This document shows positions 1 through 6,475 of a stretch of DNA of 12,183 bases, in pieces (within the stretch, counting starts at the first letter, position 1; each line of letters starts with the position of its first letter). The DNA is from Chthoniobacteraceae bacterium. GTDB lineage: Bacteria > Verrucomicrobiota > Verrucomicrobiia > Chthoniobacterales > Chthoniobacteraceae. Location of the stretch: positions 1 to 12,183 of the forward strand of contig JANNWY010000243.1 of the NCBI GenBank assembly GCA_031409335.1. Direction: 5' to 3'. Both the position numbers and the translations under genes were made by a program. Under the pieces are notes generated by a model. That model was not told the origin of the DNA. It did not search any database and saw only the letters and a program-made list of their open reading frames with translations.

Positions 1-78
1 CCTTCTTTTGGTGCGGGCCCCCCCCCCCAAAAACATCGGCGCATGGGGGGTGCGGGGGGGCCCCCCCCACTAACGCTT

Positions 79-102
79 CGCAGGCGAGGGCGCCTGCGCT
101 AC
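79..102 (-). repeat. GTAG-type REP-like palindrome just downstream of the PEP-CTERM gene
   Basis: Minus strand reads GTAG-CGCAGGCG-CCCT-CGCCTGCG: GTAG followed by a perfect 8-bp stem with a 4-nt loop, 11 nt after the stop codon. There is no U-tract, so it is not a classical intrinsic terminator. Only one clean copy is visible. Confidence 0.5.
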
Positions 103-113
103 TTGGCTGCGCG

Positions 114-224
114 TCACGCCGCGCACCGGCTCTCGCGGCGGCGGGCTTGGGACTTCCGCCGTTCGCGCCAGCCGGCGAGGCCGAAGAGCGCGAGGCCCGC
201 GAAGACGCCCGACGGCTCCGGCAC
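114..224 (-). other. PEP-CTERM exosortase sorting domain
   Basis: VPEPSGVFAGLALFGLAGWRERRKSQARRRESRCAA*: PEP motif, transmembrane segment, basic tail. Confidence 0.9.
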
Positions 225-3200
225 GGGCGCGATTTCGCCGAAGCCGCCCGCGAGAAATCCACCGGTGCCGAGAAAGCCGCTGCCTGCTCCGCTGAAAAAC
301 GCGATCTGCGCGAGCTGGCTCGTGGTGAGGCCACCGTCGGTGAGGTTCCAGGGATGGTCCACCGTGCCGAAGAAGAGATGGTCGCTGCCGCTGGTCCAGT
401 TGTAGATCGAGAGCGTTCCGGTCCAGCCCGGCACATGGCTGTCGCCGAATTGGAGCGTCCCGTTGCCAGTGGCCAAGTCGATGATCGAACTGGCGGAGAG
501 GGTGAGTGCGCCCACGGTCTCGGAAAGACCCGCGGTGTCAAAGGTGCCACCGGCGAGCGTGACGGTTGCGCCGTCGTTGATGCGGTCGCCTGAGCCGCTC
601 AGGAGCAGGGTGCCGCCGGTGTTCACGGCCACACTTGCGGTCGCGCCGAGGGACGCGGCTGCGCCCGCCTCCAGGGTGCCGCCGCTGATCATCGTCGCGC
701 CGCTGAAGGTATTCGCGCCGGTGAGCACTTGCGTGCTGGCGGCGTTCTTCACCAACGCGCCACCCGCACCGTCGATGGTTCCGGCGAAGATGGTGCTCCC
801 GCTCGCGGCGCCGATGGTCAGCGTCTGTGCATTCAGATTCACCGTCGCGGCACCCGCCGAGGTCAGCGAGGCGACCGCTTGATCCACACCGAGGGCGAGG
901 ACCGAGGTGGCAGTGCCGTCGAAGGTCACCGCCGTGCGCCCATTGGCCGTCGGCAGTGCATTGGCGGAGTTCGCATTGAGGGTGGCGCTGTTGCGGATGA
1001 AAGTCGGGCCGTTGTAGGTGTTGGCGTTGGTCAGCGTCGTTGTGCCGCCGTCGATGATCAGATCGGAGTTCGGTAAACCGGTGTTGCCGGTAATCACTCC
1101 CGAGACCGTGATCCCGTTGGCTCCGCCCCTGAGCGTGAGCGTGGTGCCGGTCTTGGTCACCGTTCCCGACAAAGCCAGCGGTCCGCTGCCGCTGTTCTGG
1201 ATGGTGTCCGATCCGTTGCCGCGCGCGTTGATATTCTTGGCCAGAGTACCGGCCGGGCCCGTGTAGAGGAATACGCCGGATGACGTGGCAGCCACGCCAA
1301 GGTCCACGTCGGTGTTTGTGCCGAGCCCCTGATTGGCCGTTGCGGAGACGTTCACGTTGTCCGTGGAGACCGTCCCTTCGGCAATCGTCGTCTTGCCCGG
1401 ATACGGGTTCGCGGCGAGGAGCCGCAGCCTGCCGGACCCGCGGATCACCAGCGTCTCGCTCACCCCGCCGGTGATGGTGCCCATGATGGTCATGTCGTGG
1501 TTCTGGACGTCGATGGTGCGCGAGCCGCTGGCACCGCCGGTCAGGGCGATGGTGCGATCCGGGTTCAGGACGATCCCGTCGGCCCCCGCCCGCAGCGTCG
1601 CGTCGAGGCGAAGAGTGAGCCTTGCGTTCGCCGCCCCGAGCGCGCGGTCATGGTCGATGTCGGTGATGCCGCGATCCGCAATCGTCTCTGCGTGAGTGTT
1701 GTTGCCTCTGAGCCTATACACGTTGTCCGCGTCCGCCCCAGGCCCTCCTCCGACAGTGAGCGCATACGGCCCGGAGATGTCGCCATTCAAAACGGTGGTC
1801 GTGTCCGTGCCGTCACTGCGGATCGAGGCATCGCCCTGGAGCAGGATTTCGCGATTCAAAGTGCCACCACGCTGCGCGCGGATTGCCCCTCGGTCGTTCG
1901 CGCCATTGCCGGCGATTTCAAAGGGATTGCTCAAGACGGCACCGGGCCGGTCTAAATCCACCGAAGATCCATTGCGAACGACAATCGTCCCAGTACCGAA
2001 AGGATTCATCACGTTATCCGCGCCGAGACCGATCCGTGTATTTTCGCCCACGACACCGACATTCATCCGGCCGGTGTAGTCCTGAGCCGCCTTCGAAATC
2101 AGCGTGGGGTCTGGGCCAGAGTTGCCCCGGACCGTGAGTAAGCCGCTGCCCGAAAGCATATTCGCGCTGGGGAGTGTCAGGCTGAAGCCGTCGCTATCGA
2201 CGGTGCCGCCGCCTGGTCCGACGTCTAGGCCGTGGTGCGGATTCAAGTCGATGTTGGCGGCGGGTGCCAGCGTGCCGCCGTTGTCGAGCGTGATGTGGTT
2301 TTCGGTGGCGGTGCTGCCGAAGTTTCCGTCATCCGTGGCGACCAGCCTGCCTGACCCGTTTACGCGGGTGCCGCCGCTGTGGGTATTGACGCCGAGGGTC
2401 AACTCTCCGCCTTCCACGATCACGGTGGTGGGTTCGGTGGGACTGCCGTCGCCGATCCGGGAGACGAAGGTGACCCGGTTGGTGCCGGCGAAAACCACCT
2501 CGCGCGGCCCGACTCCGCCGTAGCCGATTTCAGCGGGATTGCTGAAGGTCACGGTGTTTTCTGGCAAGGCCGCATTGGATGCGATCGTCGCGCGATTGCC
2601 GCTGTCGCCACCGACGACGAGGTGGACGTCGGTCGAGACCGGATGATCCGCGTCGGATTCGATCGTCGCGCCAGAGACGATGACGGTCGGAGCCACGCCG
2701 CCGCCCGGACCCTGCCCGAAGCTGCCAGGCACGCCCGCATTCCCCAGCATGGAGACGTTCACGGTGCCTCCCTCGATCAGCGTCGGGCCGGAATAAGTAT
2801 TGGCGCCAGGGAGCCGCAAATTGCCAGACCCGCGGATGACCAGCGTCTCGGTCGCCGCGCCCGTGATGACGCCCTGGATGGTCATGTCGTGAGCCTGCAC
2901 GTCGATGTAGTGGCGTCCGCTGACGCCACCGGTCAGGGCGATCGAGCGATCCGGGTTGAGGATGATCCCGTCGGCCCCAGCCTGCAGGGTGGCGTTGCCG
3001 TGGAGGGTGACGGTTCCGTTGTAAGCCCCGAGCGCAATGTCGTGGTCGATGTTCGTGATGCCCAGGCCGATGGTCGTGGAGCTGTGGACGTTGTTGCCGG
3101 TGAGCAGGTATTTGTTCGTCGCATTCGCCCCGGTCAGCCCGCCGAGGGTGAGCGCGAAGGCCCCGGAGATGTTGCCATTGAGCGTGGTCGTCGTGCCCGT

Positions 3201-5819
3201 GCCGTCGCTGCTGATGCCGGCATTGGCCGTAAGGATGATGTCGCCGTGGAAGGTGCCGCCCTGCTGCGTGCGGAGGACCCCGCGGCTGCCCTCGCCATTG
3301 CCGGAGAGGAAGAAGCGGTTGTTCCAGACCGAGCCGGGCCGGTTCACAAAGATCGCCGACCCTGCACCGGTGACGACGGTGATGTCCCCGGTGCCGAAGG
3401 GGTTGGTCAAGTTGTCCACGCCAAGAGCGATTTGCGCGCGAAAGAACGAACTGACGCCGATGGTCATTCGCCCGGTGTAGTCCTGCGTGGCGGACGAAGT
3501 GAGCACGGGGATGGTGGTGGGATCGCCGGTGATCGCGAGCGGCCCGCTGCCGGAGAGCATATTGGCGCTGCCGAGCGTGACGCCAAAGCCGACGCCATAG
3601 AGCGTGCCGCCGGCAGGACCGATGTCGATGCCGTGATTTGCATGGAGCGCGAAGCTGGCGCTGGGCTGCAGCGTGCCGCCATTGAGGACGACGTTATTCA
3701 CCGCCGCCGTGCTACCCAGGTTGCTGTCTTGCAGGACGATCAGCGTGCCCTCATTGATGAAGGTGCCGCCAGTGTAGGTATTGACGGCGAGTGCGCCAAA
3801 AGTCAGGGAGCCAACACCGGCCTTGACCAGTGCGTTGCCGCCATTGGCAAGGATCGGAGTATTGATCGTGAACGCGTCGGCCAGGGCGTTCGTGCGAACC
3901 ACGAGGTCCTGGCCGGCGGAAGCCCGAATGCCGGTACCGCCGCTGAGGCTCGCATTGGTGCCGGTTTTGAGGATGCCATCCACGGTCACTGTCTGCGCCG
4001 CGGCCAGGGTGAAGGCGTGGGCGCCCGCGATCTTCAGGGTGGTGAAAGTGGCATCGGTCTGAGCGGTCACTGCTCCGGTGATTTGCTGATGAGTTGCAGA
4101 AGCGAGGCTCGTGGTACCCGTGGACGTCACCGCACCGGCATCGGCCGGACCACTGTAGCGCATGGCGCGGACATAACCGGACGCATCGTTCCACGCGAAA
4201 TTGTCGCCGCCAAAGAAGCTGCCGTGGTCGATGAAGGCATCAAGCGTGGCCCCGGTGAGGACGATCTTGTTCGTCGTGCCGTTCGTGCCGCCTGTGGTGA
4301 CGAAATTCGCCGTGGCCCCGGCGGTGCGGGCGAGCAGGGAAGTGACGGTGAAGCTGGTATTGGAACCACCCCAAGTGGAACTGATCGTGGCGTTACCCGC
4401 CGTGCGATTCACCGTCCCGACCGTTTTGTTTCCGCCAAGGATACGAAACTCACCGGTGCCGCTGAAGATGATCGGCGACGAGCCGGAAAGCGTCCCACTC
4501 CCGGTCAACTCGATCGCGCCGCCGCCGATGGTCGTCGCGCCGGTGTAAGTGTTCGCGCCGCGGAGTGTCTGCGAATTGGTGCCGAGCTTGGTCAGGCCGC
4601 CCGATCCACTGATGACGGCGTCCGAGAGTGCGCCCTGATTCCTGGCTCCGACGCTCAGGGTGTTGGAGCCGAGGCTGATGCTGCCGGAGCCACCTAGCGC
4701 GCCCACATTGTAGGTATTGGTTCCAGCCAATCCAAAAACCAACTTCGTTGGCGAAAACTCCCCGGAAAGCGTGCTGCTTTGCAGCGCGTTGACATGGTTA
4801 AGGGTCAGGGAATTGCCGGTGCCGGACTGGATGAGCGTCTCACCGGTGTAAAGGTTGGCCCCGCTCAAGGTTTGGTGGGCTCCAATCCCGCTGTAGATGA
4901 ATATCCTCCCCGGCCCGCTGATCACGCCGGTGAAATTCTGCGTGCCGGAACGGAGCGCGATATCGTTTGCCAGAGTCACTCGGCCGCTGCCGGCGAGCGC
5001 ACCGAATTCATCGCTGCGCAGCTCGGCATAAGCGTCGGCACCGACGGTGATCTGGCCGTTGCTGTTGTAGAGGGCAATACCCTGCGCTTCGTAAAAGCGG
5101 CCAAAGTTGGCCACCGTCAGATTCCCCTGAAACCCGCCTCCGAGCCCCAGCGAACCGCCAAGCACCAGCGCCCCGGCGTTCACGGTGATCGTCCCGCCGA
5201 TGGCGTTCAGCGTGCCACCCGCGGTGGACCCTCTCAGGGTGAGCGTGCCCAGCCCTTCCTTGACAAAGCCGCTGGCGCTGACAATGCGGGCGTTGATGGT
5301 CGCGCCGGCGTTCGTGGTGATGGTCGGGGTCGCGCCGGAGAGCGTGAGGGTATTGGAGTTGTTGGCCGCGGTGAGGGCGTAGTTGCCGCTGCTGGCGGGA
5401 TGGAAGGTGAGATTGCCGACCGTGATCGCGCTGCCGATGTTCACCGTCCCAGCCGCGCCGTTGCCATTGCCAAAGATGGCGTCGTTCGGCCCGGCGTTCG
5501 ACCAGACGGAATCCGCGAGGCCGTCCCACCAGACGGTGTTGCCCGCCGTGGTGTTCCAGATGCCGGTGCCATCAGTCACGCCGGAGGCAGCGCCATTGGC
5601 GTCCCAAGTGTAAGTGGCCGCGTCTGCCTGCCCGACCTGGAAAAACCCGACGATGGACACGCTGACCGCGAGCGCAAACGCGAGAGGGCGGCGCGTTTTT
5701 CTCCAGCAGGACTCCGCCGCGCCGAACCGTGGCAAGCCGGGCGCGGCAGGCGGAAATGCGCCTCCTGGAACGCTCTGCCAATCGCGGATCAGAGGAAGAG
5801 AGCGGGTGACGGATTCCAT
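114..5819 (-). CDS. Large secreted surface protein with autotransporter-associated beta-strand (PATR-like) repeats and a C-terminal PEP-CTERM sorting signal
   Basis: 1901-aa G/T/A/N-rich ORF. Signal-peptide-like RKTRR-hydrophobic-ADA|A followed by TYTWD. Repeated motifs such as GGLTKLGTNSQTLRGANTYTGATTIGGG and GALVKNAASTQVLTGANTFSGATMISGGTL. Ends VPEPS + hydrophobic helix + RERRK. No C-terminal beta-barrel seen. Confidence 0.92.
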   Translation of the reverse strand: MESVTRSLPLIRDWQSVPGGAFPPAAPGLPRFGAAESCWRKTRRPLAFALAVSVSIVGFFQVGQADAATYTWDANGAASGVTDGTGIWNTTAGNTVWWDGLADSVWSNAGPNDAIFGNGNGAAGTVNIGSAITVGNLTFHPASSGNYALTAANNSNTLTLSGATPTITTNAGATINARIVSASGFVKEGLGTLTLRGSTAGGTLNAIGGTITVNAGALVLGGSLGLGGGFQGNLTVANFGRFYEAQGIALYNSNGQITVGADAYAELRSDEFGALAGSGRVTLANDIALRSGTQNFTGVISGPGRIFIYSGIGAHQTLSGANLYTGETLIQSGTGNSLTLNHVNALQSSTLSGEFSPTKLVFGLAGTNTYNVGALGGSGSISLGSNTLSVGARNQGALSDAVISGSGGLTKLGTNSQTLRGANTYTGATTIGGGAIELTGSGTLSGSSPIIFSGTGEFRILGGNKTVGTVNRTAGNATISSTWGGSNTSFTVTSLLARTAGATANFVTTGGTNGTTNKIVLTGATLDAFIDHGSFFGGDNFAWNDASGYVRAMRYSGPADAGAVTSTGTTSLASATHQQITGAVTAQTDATFTTLKIAGAHAFTLAAAQTVTVDGILKTGTNASLSGGTGIRASAGQDLVVRTNALADAFTINTPILANGGNALVKAGVGSLTFGALAVNTYTGGTFINEGTLIVLQDSNLGSTAAVNNVVLNGGTLQPSASFALHANHGIDIGPAGGTLYGVGFGVTLGSANMLSGSGPLAITGDPTTIPVLTSSATQDYTGRMTIGVSSFFRAQIALGVDNLTNPFGTGDITVVTGAGSAIFVNRPGSVWNNRFFLSGNGEGSRGVLRTQQGGTFHGDIILTANAGISSDGTGTTTTLNGNISGAFALTLGGLTGANATNKYLLTGNNVHSSTTIGLGITNIDHDIALGAYNGTVTLHGNATLQAGADGIILNPDRSIALTGGVSGRHYIDVQAHDMTIQGVITGAATETLVIRGSGNLRLPGANTYSGPTLIEGGTVNVSMLGNAGVPGSFGQGPGGGVAPTVIVSGATIESDADHPVSTDVHLVVGGDSGNRATIASNAALPENTVTFSNPAEIGYGGVGPREVVFAGTNRVTFVSRIGDGSPTEPTTVIVEGGELTLGVNTHSGGTRVNGSGRLVATDDGNFGSTATENHITLDNGGTLAPAANIDLNPHHGLDVGPGGGTVDSDGFSLTLPSANMLSGSGLLTVRGNSGPDPTLISKAAQDYTGRMNVGVVGENTRIGLGADNVMNPFGTGTIVVRNGSSVDLDRPGAVLSNPFEIAGNGANDRGAIRAQRGGTLNREILLQGDASIRSDGTDTTTVLNGDISGPYALTVGGGPGADADNVYRLRGNNTHAETIADRGITDIDHDRALGAANARLTLRLDATLRAGADGIVLNPDRTIALTGGASGSRTIDVQNHDMTIMGTITGGVSETLVIRGSGRLRLLAANPYPGKTTIAEGTVSTDNVNVSATANQGLGTNTDVDLGVAATSSGVFLYTGPAGTLAKNINARGNGSDTIQNSGSGPLALSGTVTKTGTTLTLRGGANGITVSGVITGNTGLPNSDLIIDGGTTTLTNANTYNGPTFIRNSATLNANSANALPTANGRTAVTFDGTATSVLALGVDQAVASLTSAGAATVNLNAQTLTIGAASGSTIFAGTIDGAGGALVKNAASTQVLTGANTFSGATMISGGTLEAGAAASLGATASVAVNTGGTLLLSGSGDRINDGATVTLAGGTFDTAGLSETVGALTLSASSIIDLATGNGTLQFGDSHVPGWTGTLSIYNWTSGSDHLFFGTVDHPWNLTDGGLTTSQLAQIAFFSGAGSGFLGTGGFLAGGFGEIAPVPEPSGVFAGLALFGLAGWRERRKSQARRRESRCAA
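1368..2387 (-). repeat. Internal duplication in the PEP-CTERM protein, copy B (aa ~1145-1484)
   Basis: Collinear with copy A through the shared peptides SANMLSGSG, QDYTGRM, NPFGTG, IDHD, AGADGIxLNPDR, IDVQxHDMTI and ETLVIRGSG. Confidence 0.9.
2760..3782 (-). repeat. Internal duplication in the PEP-CTERM protein, copy A (aa ~680-1020)
   Basis: Same motifs as copy B at an offset of 464-467 codons. Confidence 0.9.
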
Positions 5820-5829
5820 ATCCTCCTAC

Positions 5830-5855
5830 AGAAGGAACCGCGGCTCAGGATTTCA
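5830..5855 (-). promoter_or_regulatory. Putative ECF-sigma-like promoter upstream of the PEP-CTERM gene
   Basis: TGAAAT-N16-TTCT ends 10 nt before the ATG. It lies in a 38-bp block (5830-5867) identical in both repeat copies. The resemblance to ECF -35/-10 architecture is loose. Confidence 0.3.
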
Positions 5856-5922
5856 GGAAAAGTGAACTTTCTTGCGGAGGCTGGTGCCACCGCGGAACGA
5901 GGAGCGGCGGGTTCGCAGCCGA

Positions 5923-6462
5923 TTATCCTTCAACCAGCCTTTCAAAAATTTCTTCCAGCCCATCCTCTTCATCGATCTGGGAACCAATCTTCCGAAAGCT
6001 CAACTTCGTGGCGAGCACTTGGGCTGCTTGGTTCTCCGGACTAATGCTGAGAACAAAACGATGCACTCGATGCTGGGTGCAGGCCCACTGGATCAGAGCC
6101 TCGATCGCTTCCTGCGCAAACCCACGCCTCCGCCATGCCTCCATCATGCTGTAGCCGAGTTCCACCGTTTGCGCCGCCGATGCCGGAGCACTGAACGGCT
6201 CGGAGTGGAATCCGATGTCGCCGATCAACTGGCCTTCACTGCGCAAGACCATGCCGCGGGCCAACCAAGGCTGGAGCGCCGGATTGGCTTCCAGTTGACG
6301 GAGCCACAGCTCCAAAGCACCGCGGCGGATCTCCCAGCTTTGGGGAACAGAAGCGCCGAGCAGTCGCCCGATCTTGTTCCGGTCCAGCTCCAGGGCCGCA
6401 CGGAGGACCGCAGGGGACAACGGGATAAGGTCGAGCCGCTTGGTCTGAATGATCACGCTCAT
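5923..6462 (-). CDS. GNAT N-acetyltransferase, RimJ/RimL-like (179 aa), copy 1
   Basis: IQTKRLDLIPL N-terminus, IGDIGFH, VELGY, acetyl-CoA motif WRRRGFAQEA, ISPENQA. Start set at ATG 6462 by homology with copy 2; the longer 309-aa ORF overlaps the PQQ gene. Confidence 0.92.
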   Translation of the reverse strand: MSVIIQTKRLDLIPLSPAVLRAALELDRNKIGRLLGASVPQSWEIRRGALELWLRQLEANPALQPWLARGMVLRSEGQLIGDIGFHSEPFSAPASAAQTVELGYSMMEAWRRRGFAQEAIEALIQWACTQHRVHRFVLSISPENQAAQVLATKLSFRKIGSQIDEEDGLEEIFERLVEG

Positions 6463-6475
6463 CGGTCGAAGCGAT

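Noticed and set aside
79..98. Rho-independent terminator
   Set aside because: The stem lacks a following U-tract on the minus strand; a REP-like call fits better.
114..700. Classical autotransporter beta-barrel
   Set aside because: The C-terminus is a PEP-CTERM signal with no barrel or terminal aromatic residue.
2379..4697. 772-aa plus-strand ORF, and other plus-strand ORFs such as 4779-6044, 7238-8158 and 8905-9981
   Set aside because: Antisense shadows of high-GC genes with no recognisable motifs.
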